From Batkoa obscura (lineage: Eukaryota): 64,000 bases of DNA. Where the stretch lies: positions 744,001-808,000 of the forward strand of contig JASVEC010000014.1 in NCBI GenBank assembly GCA_030770535.1. Direction: 5' to 3'. Under the pieces are notes generated by a model that was not told the origin of the DNA, made no database searches, and saw only the letters and a program-made list of their open reading frames with translations. Both the position numbers and the translations under genes were made by a program. Shown here one piece after another: positions 37,084 to 51,573 of this stretch (its first letter is position 1; each line of letters opens with the position of its first letter).

Positions 37084-39709
37084 TCAATTAAGCTGTCCTT
37101 TAATATCGACCTTAGAAAGTTTATTTAACCTAGCTTTTACCATACTTCTAACTGGTTTTGTTTGAAACCTATAAACATTTTGATTACCATTCTGTAAAGC
37201 TTTTGGGCATTGAAACAATGTTATTCCACAACTTTTTAAAAAATTAATACATTCATCTTCATCTAAAAAGCCCATTATATCTTTTACATAATCTAAAGTG
37301 ACATCGGGGAGATAGCTGTTAATTAAAAAGTTAATATTTGTAATTATAACTTTAAAAAATATAAATATTTACGCCATGCATATAATATCCATTGCCTTAT
37401 ATCGTTCTCTTTCTAAAAAGAAAGATATGATAATTTTACAATATTGGGTAGCACTATTATATAGCCTAAAAAAGGTATAAAATTCAGAAGTATTAAGTGC
37501 TCGAAGTACTTTTAATGAAAAGGCTATATTTTCATCTTTTTCTTGCTGTTCAGTTAAGTTTGATATCATTTTTTTGATTTCTATTATAATATTAATATTT
37601 GTTTATCATTAGTTCATTATTTTAATTACCTGCTGAGCTCCTAGTATATATAAAATAGAGCATTCTATAACAAATAAATTCGTTTTCATTTCCTTCAATC
37701 CCATATTCATAGAGATCTTTTAATTGGGATTGACATTTATTAAACTCTCCTATATCGTTCTAATAATAACATTAAATAAATACACTCTAATAATAATAAG
37801 AAAATATTTACCTTTTCTAATGCAATTCTTGAAAAAGTTTCATAAACATAAACAGTAAAGTTATTTTTAATTCTTTGTACCTAAATAATTTAATTAAATT
37901 AATTTTTATAATTCAAAATACTTTACTGTTAAATCCTGACGAACTGATTGAAATTGATCACAAATATACGTATAATCTTTATTTTCTTCCCATTTTTTAA
38001 CTAAAAGTTTCAATGTCTTTTTCAATACCTCTACTGGACGTATTTTGGATGGATCAGGTGCCTATAAAAACATATAGGTAAAATGGTTTTCACATATTTA
38101 TTAAATTTTACACTAGTAAGTCTGAAATAATTCTTCTCGAGGTTAGTACATGTTCCAATAACTGTGTCTTTATCCCAATCAATAACGTCCATCATATGCT
38201 ATTTTAAAAATTAGGATCCCCTCAGCAAATTTTAATCAATATATCTACCTGTTCTGTTGCAACTGTAGGAGGAGGTGGTAAAGTTTCAGGCTCTAAAGGT
38301 TGGGCAAATCTCGCTTGTCTCATTAGTCTTTTTTGTAGCTCTTCATGGCTGACATTCTCAATAATAGGTGGACTAGGACTTTTTTGCCTTTTGCTTTTAG
38401 CTTTTCTAAACAAATTTGATAAACAAATTTAATCAATTATTAAAAAAATGATATACCCTGCTTTTTTACCAGTAATTACTTGCACATTTGCAAATAATTT
38501 TACAATTGCCCTATGGGTTATATTAAATTTGTTGTATTATCAAATGGAGTTAGTTTTACTTTGGTATTGGCTTTTTGCTCCAATTAACGCTCCATATGCT
38601 ATTCGTTTGGTACACTTTATTGATAGCACCATATATGATCTGTTGTGCAGTGCCATTACTTTTTGCATTAGGATATGCTTCATATATTTTCTGTACCCAT
38701 GCCCTATAAGATTATAAATACTTGTTAAAATAATAATGCTATTATAAAATACCTCACGTAATCAGGTAGCTCTTCATCGCTAATAAATGTAAAGTTAAGT
38801 AGATAACTTAAACCAATTAAAATTTACTTCTTGCTATCTAAATAAAAAAAATTAGTACATAATATATTAACAAGTTACAAATGAACTTACCAATATTATT
38901 ATTTTTTGGGTTTTTACTACCATCTAAAGATATCGTTTCGTTTTCAGTGACTATAAAAATGAATAAATTGCTTTTTTTTTTTCAAAAAAGTTACCTCCAA
39001 TAAGGTTGGTATTTTCTTCAAAAGTATCATTTCTTTAAAGGTTATTTATAAGAAACAAAAATATATATGACTCTTACGTGTTCGCTAAACCACTATCGCT
39101 AATACTAATTTCGCTAAATTTCTTATACGGCCCATTCATAATAGTACTACTAGTTGGACTATGAAACCCTTTAACTTTAGCATTAAACTTGGTTTTTCTG
39201 TTAAATTTATTCTCTTTAAACTTTGAACCTGAATTTTCAGTATACTCATATTTTACACTTCCATATTTCTTAAATCCCTTCGTTGAATTTTCTCCTTTTG
39301 ATGTTTGATTCCAACTTACATTCCCATTTAATTTATCTTCTTCTGGTGGCGGTGGCGGAATGTCATTAGCTGGCGGCGGTGGTGGTGGAACCCCTGGATT
39401 GTTATTTGTAGCTTGAGCTGGTCGATTAGCTCGAGGCATCGGTGGAGGTGGAAAAAAATTAGGTTGAAACACTTGCTGTTGGTATTGTTGATTTGGATAT
39501 GAAGGAGGGGGAGGAGCTTGATAATTAAAGTTTTGAGGATAATGTTGATAATAATTATAATATTCAGCATAAGCAGCTTCATATCCAGGATAATTTTGTT
39601 GATAATAGTAATAATTTGGATCCGCATAAGCTTGAGCAGCTTGCGGTTCTTGAACCCATCCTGAGTGGGTAGGGTTGTTTTTATTATTTAAGTCTTGTTG
39701 GTTGTCCAT
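37084..39709 (-). CDS. SAC3/GANP/THP3 (LENG8-like) protein, multi-exon, with Pro/Tyr/Gln-rich N-terminus
   Basis: Exons give IGTCTNLEKNYFRLTS|APDPSKIRP, DYTYICDQFQSVRQDL, VYVYETFSRIALE, GEFNKCQSQL; C-terminus SKVDIKGQLN*. Confidence 0.8.
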
Positions 39710-40911
39710 TTTAACTTTTTTATTAAAAGGTTTATTTAAATTTAACAATTAAAGTTGTTCAAAAATGGTTTCAAGTTTTGTTTTTTCGTATTATATTTTA
39801 TTTATAATGATTTTTATGTTTGACGTAAGTGGAAGGCCGCGGCAGGACAGGGTTGTATTTTTATTTAACAATATACTTTGTAAATTAAATAAAAAAGAAG
39901 TATTTCGCAAAAAGTTTAAAACTCTTAATAAAGTCTAATATCATTTTGATTGGTTACTACCGCTTTTACTGAGCTTTAAATTTAAAATAATTTCTAGTAT
40001 TTTATTGGACATTTATCTAGGTTGTTTACTGAAAATAGTGTAACTAATTTTTGGATACCAATTTAGTCCTGTCCTACTCAAAATTTGTATATATGAATGG
40101 AAAGCTTATCTTATTAAAAACCTTTATTCATACACATTTAACTAAACAATTTTAAAAAAGAATAGGAGTTTCTTTCTGAAAATTTCTTAGACTATTTCTT
40201 GTCTTACAGCTAACAATACAACCTATTTAATTCCTTTTAAGCCTATCTTTGGATTTAAGAGATGCCTATGTGTTTTGCACAGAAAGGCGGTATTGAGTTT
40301 GAATGATAAAACTGAAACTTTAAGGCTGGGTAAACAAGTTTACAATAAGTTCTTTCAAGCTATTGTCAGTTCAATAGATATGTGGTTGAATATAAAGACT
40401 TGGCTAAAATTTAAATAATTTTCTCTAACTTTGATTAGGCTTAGAGCTACAAATCTAGATAACTAGCTTTAAATTCAAATAGAACAACATTATTTTCATA
40501 TTGCTGATAGTTAATTTATAATTTTTGAAATAATCACGTCTCGGAGGATAATTGTGCCTTGTATTTAACCTAATCTACTTATTTTTCTTTTTATTTACAA
40601 CTGTAAAAAGTACTTTTTTTTTATACTTACCTTCAATTCGATGAATTTTATGTAGCTTTCCTATTGGTACATATATTCACTATAGTTATAAAATGCTTAC
40701 TTCTACGCGGCGAATCTCCATTACTATATTTGTTCTATTGAGCATTCATCTCTTATAAAACTTGAATAATAAATTAAAGAAATTAAACTTTTACCAAGTT
40801 AGTCATAAATTGATATCAAAATCGGACTTAAAACTGAGATCAAAAACTATTAATGAATCAAATTATTAACGATAGTTGGTATTAAATGATACCTTAAGAA
40901 TTATGTAAAAG

Positions 40912-40924
40912 TATAAAAAGGAGC
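40912..40924 (+). promoter_or_regulatory. TATA box TATAAAAAGGAGC
   Basis: 58 nt upstream of the AKR start codon at 40970. Confidence 0.5.
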
Positions 40925-40969
40925 AAAGAGGATAGTTAAGAGTTATCGAAACCAAAAGAAACATAAACA

Positions 40970-42168
40970 ATGAATAAACTACCAACTCGACAATTAGGGA
41001 AAAACGGGCCTCAAGTTTCCAGCATTGGGTTAGGATGTATGGGAATGAGTGCTTTTTATGGGTCTAGTGACCAAGGGGAGAATATTAAAGTATTAAACCG
41101 AGCACTTGACCTTGGTTGTACATTTTGGGATACTTCTGTAAATTATGATCAAATTTAAAAAGCAAACGATTACTAACATTCTGTTAGGACATGTATGGAG
41201 CTGGAGAAAATGAAAAGCTATTATCTAAAGTACTAAAGAATCGTAGAAATGAAATTTTCTTATGTACCAAATTCGGGATTGATTATAATCCAGAGACTAA
41301 GGCATTCAAAATACGAGGTGACAAAGAATTTGTAAAACAAAGCTGTGATGCCAGCTTAAAACGGTTAGGTATTAGCTGCATCGATTTATATTATCAGCAT
41401 AGAGTAGATCCAAATACGTATGTTCTTTATTAGTCTATTTATTTTATTTTAATAAACTTATAGTCCAATTGAAGAAACGGTTGAAGCTATGACAGAGCTG
41501 ATTAAAAAAGGTAAAATAAAATACCTTGGATTATCCGAGTGTAGTGCAGAAACATTAAGAAAAGCATACAAAATTCATCCTATTGCTGCTGTACAGGTAG
41601 AATACAGGTAATTATGATAATTCACTGTTTAAGCTAATAATTAAATTTTATCTTTAAAGTCCATGGGAAACATTTATTGAGAAAAACGGATTGTTAGAAG
41701 CATGTAGAGAGTTAGGAGTAACAGTTATAGCTTATTCACCATTAGGTCGAGGTTTCTTAACAGGAAAATTGGATTTGACTTCTTTAGATAAAAATGATTC
41801 GAGAGTCACTCATTATCCACGTTATAATGAACAAAACCTCGACCATAATTTGCAAATTGTTAACAAATTGGAACAGATAGCTACTCAGAAGAATATAAAA
41901 GCTTCGCAGTTATGCTTGTCGTGGGTATTGAAGCAGGTAAACTTGGATCATTTTTAAAATTTACAACTTCTATATTGAAATTTATTAGGGAAATGACATT
42001 ATCCCCATTCCTGGCACTAGAAGAACTAAATATTTGGAGGAAAACGTGGAGTCGGGTAATATCAAGTTAAGCGAAGACGAAAATAAACAGATTCGTGTAT
42101 TAATTGAGCAGATCCAAGTAAAAGGAGATAGAAATACTGCTGAAGCTCTAAAAAGTGTTGATTTGTAA
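40970..42168 (+). CDS. Aldo-keto reductase (yakc/AKR13-like), multi-exon
   Basis: [57 protein letters not shown]; stop TAA 42166-42168. Confidence 0.92.
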
Positions 42169-43015
42169 ATCAATTTTTATTGGATCTTTAACAATAAATG
42201 CTATAAATCTATAAGTTTTTTACAAAAAATAAAAAGCTATAATATTCTTAATATTGTATTATTAATTTAATTTATTAGAAGCCAAAGAAAAAACTGTTGA
42301 AAACGATTTAATATTTGTCTATAACAAATCAATAAGTTTCATGTTATATTAAACTAAGCCGACTTTGTGTTTATTCCTTTACTATAGCATTAATTCATAA
42401 ATTCATATTTTTTTCATTATTTATCGCTTATAAAAGATAGCTTATAAGTTTTTTTATTTAGTTAACTCTTTTTTAGTTACAGCAATATTATTGCAAGGCA
42501 GTAATTTATAAAAGATTTCAAATATCCCCATGGTAAAATTTAGTCCCGACAACTTCGCATTATTTAAAAGTAAAATTATCTTTACAAAATTGATGTAACA
42601 TCTCCAATAATTTATCAATATTATTCTTGAATCAAATAAGTTTCAGAGCTACAATTTAAAATAATATCAGCTTTAATAATCAAAAAATACTTATATCATT
42701 ATCGATATTTTCAAGATCAATCGATTAATGCTTCCAAAGATATGGAGATTAAATACCAAATATTAAAACTATATGTATCTAAATAAATTTTAGTCATATA
42801 ATATAAGTTTTATTTATTTACTGAAGTTTATTTGACTTTATACATCCACCGTTTATAAACGGTATCCTGGTTAGCCTATTTTTGAATTAAACTTTGTGAC
42901 AGTCAAATGATTTAATTTACTTGAAATTAAATAATTACGGGTAAAAGTTATAACATAATATGAAGTACGGTAATATATAAATGAACAATAGGGAGTAGAT
43001 AAGAAAAAACAAAAA

Positions 43016-44151
43016 ATGAGTGAGATTAGTATATGCAATAAAGAATTTCAATTAAATAGCGGTTATAAAATGCCTGCAATAGGGTTAGGAACAGGTAGGA
43101 GGACTTTATATTCTCATTTTAACCATTTATTTATGAACATTAGAAACCGGGGATTTCAATGCTAATGTAGAAGCAATAAAAAATGCTATAAAACTTGGGT
43201 ATAAAGCAATTGATACAGCAGCTATGTGTAAGATAATAGTCTCTTTTTTGTAGATTTTTAATAAGATCGATAGATAAAACTGAAGAACATATTGGAGAAG
43301 CAATTAAACAAAGTGGGGTAAAAAGAGAGGAGCTCTTTATTACTAGTAAACTATGGAGTACTGATTTGATACCAGAAAGAGTTGTACCAGCTTTGCAAAA
43401 AACTTTGAAAAATCTGGGTACTGATTACTTGGATTTGTATTTGATACACTTCCCTTATGCATTTAAGCACCCTCAATCTACTCCCCCTGAGGTTATCAAA
43501 GATTTTGATATCATGAGCACATGGCACGAGTTAGAGGTAATAGTTGTTATTGACCTACTATTTAAAGTTTTAAATTTCTATAGAAATTGGTGAAATCAGG
43601 AAAAGTTAGAAGCATCGGGGTATCGAACTTTAGTATAAAAAAGCTAGATTATTTACTGAGCCATTGTACTATTAAGCCTGCAGTCAATCAAGTAGAGCTT
43701 CATCCATATTTGTCTCAAGAAGGGTTAGTGGAGTATTGCAAAAAAAATGAAATATTAATTACTGGGTATTCACCACTAGGCAGAACCATTGAGCCAGCTC
43801 CTCTGTATGATCCTATAGTAACTAATCAGTTTAATTTAAACTATTAAAAATAACAGGAATAGATTTTAGATATTTCTAAAAAATACCACATTACACCAAG
43901 TCAGGTCATTTTAAGCTGGGCCATTCAAAGAGGAACCTCAGGTATACTTTTAGTTAGTTAAAGCTTTATTGTTTATCTACTTAATAGTTGTTCCACGATC
44001 AAATAACCCAAAGCGTCAGTTACTAAATCTTCAAATCGTAGAGTTGGACTCTATGTCCTTGAGGCGAATTAATGGTGTTAATCGTGGTATGCGATTATTC
44101 ACATTTGATGATATGTGGGGGGTAGAAGATGCTTTTGATGAAAAATTATAA
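43016..44151 (+). CDS. Aldo-keto reductase (GCY1/AKR1-like), multi-exon
   Basis: LNSGYKMPAIGLGT, IDTAAMY, LFITSKLW, YLDLYLIHFP, SIGVSNFS, VNQVELHPY. Confidence 0.92.
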
Positions 44152-44652
44152 AATAAAAAATATCAAACCAGAAATTATTGAGCTTATTAACTATAAAAAT
44201 ATTTGTACCCAAAAAATAATTTTTTATTAAAATTGATGTTTAAATTATCTGAATATTGACATCTAATCTTTTTTTGTATATATGATTGTCCATATTCTAA
44301 TAAATTACTATTAAATCATTGCTGTAGATTTGAAATACGTTATTTAGATTGGGTTTAATATAGTTAATAGTAATATACAACAAATAAAGCAGTATAATTT
44401 GAATTTCTCAGAAGTCTATCTTATTTATAAACTTAATTCTAAGCTGACTAAATTAAATAAATATTATAAATATCTAGCTATAGCCATGATCCAAAAAATT
44501 AATAAGGTATTTTAATCTTATAAGTCAATCAGATTTATTGTTTTTACAAACTATGTAATTAACTTCAATTTCAATATTCCTTCTAAATAATTATTATCGT
44601 ATGACAAATAAATACATAAATGAACATTGCAAAAATGTAATTCTTGTTAGAT

Positions 44653-45210
44653 TTAATTTTTCTCTTGCTTTGGAGTAGTAGTAATTTCTGGAACCGAATC
44701 AACTTCCTTTAATCCTTTATGACTAAATATAATTAGATATTAATAATAAACAACTTAACATATGACATACGTGTAAACTCTATATAATTGATATAATCCG
44801 GTGCCAGCTACAAACATATTAACTGAGAATAATGACCAATTTTTTGGCTTGATGACTAATGAATAACGACTCCAAATTATTCCAGTTGCTGCCAAAGCTT
44901 TTAAAAAAGAATTAAACCTTACTAACTATATTTATTAAATGAAATTTACCGCAAGTTTGTGAAACACTAACCTTTTCAACTGGTCTACTGAGATCTCCTA
45001 AACCGGCAATGACTAAGCCCTAGATTCAAAGTTAAATCTGAATAAATGGTTATTAAAAGATTTACCCATTTAAAAGCTGGAGCCCAAAAATGTACAGTTC
45101 TAGGACCTTTATAATAAATTAGTTATAGACCAATAAATTGTTGTTATATGTTTACCAGCAGGGTGATTTAAAAATGCTTCAAAACCTGCTCTAGTAAAAA
45201 AAGATGCCAT
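44653..45210 (-). CDS. MPC2: Mitochondrial pyruvate carrier (MPC2/MPC3-like), 5 exons; not in the ORF track
   Basis: Manual splicing gives MASFFTRAGFEAFLNHPAG|PRTVHFWAPAFKW|GLVIAGLGDLSRPVEKVSVSQTC|ALAATGIIWSRYSLVIKPKNWSLFSVNMFVAGTGLYQLYRVY|...KQEKN*. Confidence 0.92.
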
Positions 45211-45704
45211 TATATAAATTATTAAATTTTTAAAAAATGGATTTTTAATATTTTTCTTATCCCTTTAATTTCTTATCATTTTCGTAGTTTTTTGCAATTT
45301 ATTTTTGATAAGGATTTCGAATCAAAACTTGAAAGCAAAATCCTGCAACGTTTTTTTGAAATTTAGCTAATAGCTATTTCGAATTTTGGACTTAATAAAA
45401 TTGAACAAAAGTTGAGATTTACAAATGTTATTTAAAATAAGCGTATAGCTTATCAAAACTTAAGATGATAGCATGAATTTATATAGTGTTTCGAAATAAT
45501 ATGTGATCTTTGTCTATTGTGTATATTGAATTGAATTGAATAGCAAAAGTTTAAATATACAATCTACAATATAGCTTTAATTCAAACTACAATATTTAAA
45601 ATACAGGGTTAAAGCGAACAAATGATTGGGTATAACCTCAAAAAGCAAATTTAACTAATAGTGGGGATTGAATTTAAAGTGTTTTAATAAATAGAGAATA
45701 GAAA

Positions 45705-48700
45705 ATGGCAAAGATTAAGAAAAGAAATACAAAGAAGAAAGCTTTAAATGCATTCGAAGTAGAGGATGTTAAAATCAAACAAAAGAGCTTAGACCATGTT
45801 GAAGATATGAGGTACCATGTTGATTTCATAAAAAGTGACGACGATGAAGAAATTGATTCCGATGAAGCTTATGGCGATGGAGATGAAGTTACTGCAGGAG
45901 TTAGAAGTAAGAAGAAAGAAGAAGAAGAATTGAGATATTCTGACGTTGAAGAAGAGTTGGCTGGAGAGGGCTTTGTTGATCTTTCAGAAATGCTTGGTGA
46001 AGATAAAAAAACAACTAAAGTAGAAAATGTACAAAATGTACAAAATAGTTTTGATGCAAAAGAACTGATGGCCCAATCAGATAGTGAAGAAGATATCGAA
46101 GATTACTCATTCTCTGAAGATGAAGAAAATGAAGAAAATGAGACTGAGGACAATAACAAATTAGATAATTTGGAAAAGCTTTTAGATTCAATGCCTAAAA
46201 ATAGAGTACAAAAATATCTAAGTGAAAAAAAAGAGAACTATAAAGAAAATGAATTCAACCTCGGATCTGCATTAAACAGTAATTCATAAATCAAATGCCG
46301 TATATTCTTTAAATTAATCTTATTTAATAGCAAGTAATAAGTTAAACATAGAAGACTTATTAGCTCCGGTTCAAGATCAAGGAGAATTTGTTAGTTTGGA
46401 AAAAAAAGCAGCTAAAATGGTTAGCAAAATTAAGCAATCAAAGTTAAAGGCCCCATTAGCTAAAAGATTACAAGATCGTATTGAGCGTAAAGCTGCATTA
46501 TTAGAAGCTAAAGATAGAATATCTGTTTGGGAACCAGTTATTACCGCCAATAGAACTGTAAATATAAAAATGTTTTTTTAAATTGTTATTGATAATTATA
46601 CTTTTTAGGCAGACCATATTGATTTTTCTAAACCTGCAATCGATACAGCTACTACCGGCAGTATATCGGCACCTATTAAAGTAAATTATAAAAATATTAG
46701 CTTATATATAGTTGCTCATGATTTAAATAGCTGGAAACTGAAATGGAGAAAGAGATCCAAGAAATCTTAAATGTTAGCAAAGTCCATGAAAATAAAATCA
46801 AAGAGAAAGAAGAGCTTGAAATGGTCCATTTAAACCCAGAAGAAGTAAAAAATATTACCATTCTAGTCTTCAAATTAATCTATTGTTAGGCGCTTAAAAG
46901 GCAAAAAGAATTAAAAAAGCTTCGAGAACTTATGTTTAGAAATGAAGCAAAAGCTAAACGTGTTTCTAAAATTAAGAGCAAAAGGTAGTTTGGACCATAT
47001 TCTTCTTGAACACTGATTTAATATTTTTTAAGTTATCGTCGAGTACATAAAAAAGAAAGAGAGAAGGCTGAACAGTTGGAGAGAGAATTAAATGGAGAAA
47101 TGGACGAAGATGATTACGATGCAGAAGTTGCAAGGGCTAGAGTAATTTTAGAATTAGTTTGTATTTTATTTTTATTAATCTTTTTTAGGAAAGAATGACA
47201 TTGAAACATAAAAATACTAGTAAATGGGCCAAATCATTATTGAACCAGAACTCCAATCATAAAGAGGTAAAACATTTGCTCTATAGTTTTTGTATACTTA
47301 TGCTTTTTTATAGAGTCAATTAGCTATCCAAGAGCAACTAAAAGAGCATGAAAGATTGACCAAGAAAATAAAAGGAGAGGCTAATAGTAGTGATGAAGGG
47401 GAAGATGATGATTATAGCGGGGAAGAGTACGAAGGAGATATACAAAAACTAGATAAATTAATTCAAGAGCCAGAAGGCGCTATATCTAAAGGGGTGATGG
47501 GCATGAAGTTTATGCAAACGGCAATGGCCAAAAAGCAGCAAGAGCTTGAAAAGATGGCAGAGGAGGCTAAAAGGGACATATTACTGTTACAAACTGATGA
47601 ATTTGGTAACTATATTCATGATACAGTTGATACGGAAGAAGCAGATAATCTAGTTGAAGGAAACAAAGGTCGTATGGCTTTTGGTGGTAATGAAAAGGTA
47701 GATAGTTAATCGCACAATTTTGAAATTGTTAATATATGTTATTTTTTAGATAGGAAAAAGCAAAGTTAATAGTATTAATTCGATTAATGAGCCTGAAAAA
47801 ATTTCCAGGGTAATATTAGATTTTTAGTTAAAATTTTTAACTAGAATTTTTATTAATATCAAAATAATAGGAAGAAAAGCCAAAAGAAACTGCTACTACA
47901 TTTAATAATAAGAAGATAGAAAATACAGACAAAAATAACACTTCAGAACAAGAGAATCCATGGCTACAAGACAATGAAGCTTTTGCTAAGAAGAAGAGAA
48001 ATATAACCAAGAATAATGTAGTTGATAAAGCGCAAAAAAATAGCAACAAAATCAAAAAGGCCAAACTTGGGGATAATAAAAGCCAAGAAGTGAATATCGA
48101 TTTAGCCTTAACTTTGGAACATAATCAAAATGAAGGTAAAAATAATTTATAAATTCATTTCTATTTAGTAAGCATTAATTAAGGGTCTGAAGGCGAAGAA
48201 GTTAATGTCCATGGAGATGTTGATATGATTCCAGTTGAAAAAGACACCGTGTTTACCCAAAAAGAGTTGGTTGAAATGGCATTTGCTGATGATCATGTGA
48301 TAACAGTAATTTCTATTTTAATGGTATAACATTATGTTAATTTTTTTAGGAATTTGAACAAGAGAAAGAAAAAGCAATCGAAGAACAAGGAGATAAAACC
48401 AATGATGCTTATTTACCAGGATGGGGAACTTGGGGAGGATTGACTAGTAAAAAGATGAATGAGGATCAGCTTAAAGAGTTCAAAATCAAGAAAAACTTAA
48501 TAAAAGTTGTTAAAAAAGGAGTCAATAAAGACCAACGTAAAGATAAAGATTTAAATAATGTGATTATAAACGAGAATAAGAACCCAAAGGTAAAAATTAT
48601 AACTTCAATTTACTGATCATTAAACTATTTTAGCTGTTGAAATATACTGTAAGAAATCTACCTTTCCCTTATCAAAGTGTGCAGCAATATGAAATGGGAT

Positions 48701-48819
48701 TAAAGAATCCTATTGGTAAAGAATGGAATCCAGCTACAACTTATTCTAAAAGAATTAAGCCAAAGGTTATAACTAAGAAGGGTCAAATCATTGATCCACT
48801 TAAAATGAAGGATCATTAA
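45705..48819 (+). CDS. UTP14: U3 snoRNA-associated protein 14, multi-exon
   Basis: DDEEIDSDEA, APLAKRLQDRIERKAA, AKAKRVSKIKSK.YRRV, ERMTLKHKNTSKWAK, LPGWGTWGG, LPFPYQSVQQYE..LKNPIGKEWN. Confidence 0.92.
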
Positions 48820-48996
48820 GTTGGTATTTATAGAATAGAAATATATTCTTCTCTTATTTTTATATGGATTGAATAAACTTTTAATATAGAATATATGGTT
48901 TTAAAAATTAAAAATTATAATAAATAAACAAAATACACTCAATTCACAAAATTCTTGATTGAAATCATTTTTATTAAAATAAAATTGTGTCCCTTA

Positions 48997-49245
48997 TTAA
49001 TTATCATCACCACAACAAAATAATATATTTGCAACACAGCATATAGCACAACAGCCATGAATCTTATAATAAACAGTTCTAACACAGTTACACAAGCAAC
49101 AAAACGGAGAGTCTAATAAATCCCTTCTATCAAAAGGGTTGGTTCTTATCGCTGTGTCCTCAGTATTTTTATACATGTTTGTTTCTTGTGGTTGTACATC
49201 TATAGCAGTAGTGGGAATTGAGCTATCATTTTCTCGTTGCACCAT
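48997..49245 (-). CDS. Small Cys-rich-tail protein (CYSTM-like), cluster member A
   Basis: 82-aa intronless ORF; AIDVQPQETNMY motif; tail FCCLCNC...GCCAICCVANILFCC. Confidence 0.6.
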   Translation of the reverse strand: MVQRENDSSIPTTAIDVQPQETNMYKNTEDTAIRTNPFDRRDLLDSPFCCLCNCVRTVYYKIHGCCAICCVANILFCCGDDN

Positions 49246-50371
49246 TTCTTTTTTGTTTTACTACTGTTTTATAAAATTTAAATTGTATCCTTAAATGACT
49301 ATTGTATTAAATAAAAAATCAACTTTACATTTCATTTATTTATATAATTTTGTTTGTACATATTTCCTAGCTTTTAGTTTTATTTAATAAATTATTGTTC
49401 TTAATTGATAGTTTAATTTACTTTGGTTTTGATTCTAAATCAAGTAAACAAATATCTTAGTTTGTTTATTTCCTAATAGCTTATTGCAAATTATGCAAAT
49501 AAGAGAAGCTTAAGACAATCGCATTTATTTGATTTTAGAACCAAATGAATTTATTTTGGTTGATAAAAACTACAATTTTATAAAAGTGATGCTTTTCATA
49601 AGAGACTTGTAATAGAATATATAGTTATATGGAAGCGGCACTTAAATAAGTTGAAAAACTATCTTAAATAATAAAGAGCCATAGAGCAAACGAAAGTCTT
49701 ACCAATTTAATATGGCCAAGGTTTAACTATTAAAGTAGATCAAATAATTAAAAAACTAAATTATAATTTTTACATTAGGTATTCTCAGAAATAATTTTCT
49801 TTTTTAGTTAAAAATGATAGCAAGCAAGCTATTAGCTATGGAAAAAATCTAATTTTATAAAAAATTTTAATAGAAAATTAACTTTTGATAAACAGTTTTA
49901 GCTGACATTTTAAATTGAAAGTGTTCTACTTATTTTTTTATTAATTAAATGGGATATTTTAAGTTTTAGTTTCTTATTATTAATAACAAGACACCGTTTA
50001 AGTTATCTTTAAGAAAAAAGTTAAAACCAAATTCACTTTTTTTTAGCCTAAAGTTTGTTTTAGTTGAAATTTATTTTAGCTATAAATATTGGAATTTTTA
50101 GTCAAGAATCAATTTTTACCAATTCCCACAGCCTTTATAGTTAAGATTTGTCAAAAAAAATTATTTCTGGGAATACCTAGTAATACAGTTAAAACAAATT
50201 ACATATATGGAAATTAGACTCTAGTTTTTAATGAAAAAGCCAGCTTTGATATGTTAATAAGGCATGTAAAAATTCATTTAGCAAAATGATCCCCTTTTTT
50301 ATAAGCTAACAAATAACAAACTAGCAATATCCTTAGGAATTATAATTAATAGTAACCCATATAACTCTATA

Positions 50372-50469
50372 TAGGGATGCTTTTTTATGTTCAAGAATTT
50401 CACTAACAATCTTTCCACTCAAATAGCGCTTAAAAAATAGAAAAATAATGAAATAAAAAAACATTCCCA
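50372..50469 (+). mobile_element. MITE-like repeat, copy 11
   Basis: TATA-TAGGGATGC...CCACTCAAATAGCGCT...ACATTCCCA-TATA. Confidence 0.8.
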
Positions 50470-50509
50470 TATATTGAATTGAAAATTCAAATCCATGAAA
50501 TATAGTATA

Positions 50510-50610
50510 TGGGGATGTATTTTTGTGTTTAAGAATTTTACTAACAAATTTTCCGCTTAAATAGTGCTTAGAAAATGGAAAAAATAATGAAGTCAAAAAA
50601 AACACTCCCA
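50510..50610 (+). mobile_element. MITE-like repeat, copy 12
   Basis: TATA-TGGGGATGT...ACACTCCCA-TA. Confidence 0.85.
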
Positions 50611-50701
50611 TATTTATTTTAATATCAAATTAATTTTGTAACTTTTATAATAAATTAAAAGCGTTATTTTATGTAGTTGTATAAAATACTGATCTTAAGT
50701 T

Positions 50702-51067
50702 TTAACAACTACAACCACAAAGAGTTAAAAGACAAAGCATACATTCCCCACAGCCTATACACCCCCCACAATCATAAAAAGGAATAAGGAAACAAAGGCA
50801 AGGTCCTTTATTGCTTGAATCTTCGAGGGAATTAGAGCTACAATGACCTGTTGAGCTTGATTCATTCTCTAAACCTTTTTCGCTTCTAGTAGTTTGGCTT
50901 TTATCATCGTAATTCGAAATTGGGGTCGTATAATTCATTTCTATGGTGCTTGGTTGAGCTTTTATTGTATCTAAATAACCGTTTGTCCAGCTCGTCCTAG
51001 CTTGTTCTGGCTGTTTAATCAATAATTTTTCACTGTAGTTTGGAGGATTAGAGCTAATATTTTCCAT
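50702..51067 (-). CDS. Small PPxY / Cys-rich-tail protein (CYSTM-like), member B
   Basis: 121 aa; NPPNY, KAQPSTIEMNY; tail CLCFLIPFYDCGGCIGCGECMLCLLTLCGCSC. Confidence 0.7.
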   Translation of the reverse strand: MENISSNPPNYSEKLLIKQPEQARTSWTNGYLDTIKAQPSTIEMNYTTPISNYDDKSQTTRSEKGLENESSSTGHCSSNSLEDSSNKGPCLCFLIPFYDCGGCIGCGECMLCLLTLCGCSC

Positions 51068-51434
51068 CTTTTTTCTGAATTTTGAGTTAGCTTTGATGTC
51101 AGATAGTTGTTTTTTATAGCTATCACTTTTAATTTATTATCTTTTTATAATACCAATCAATTTATTATGCTAATAAAATGGTAGCTAAATTTGTAAATTA
51201 GAATTGTATTTATTTAATTAATGTTCTTCTAGTTTAATATACTAGAACTTCAATCTATATAAATAAATATTGTTATAAAATGGACATTCATAACCAATAA
51301 AAGTTTTATATAGCTTAACATTTTTTATAATATTATAGCAGTACGCTCTTTATTTAATGTTTAAAGTCTAATTTTGTAACTTGAAAAAAACTATTTGAAT
51401 GTTTGAATTTTTTATATTTTCTTAATACTCGAAC

Positions 51435-51470
51435 AAGATTAAATAATAACATAAGATTAAATAATAACAT
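51435..51470. repeat. 18-bp perfect tandem duplication
   Basis: AAGATTAAATAATAACAT x2. Confidence 0.75.
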
Positions 51471-51573
51471 TGTCGCAAATAGTATAGTTAAATCTGTTTT
51501 TGAATGTTTATTGGACTATATTAAATTTATTGATTAAATACTGACTAAAATGTCAAGGTATAAAATTAATATA

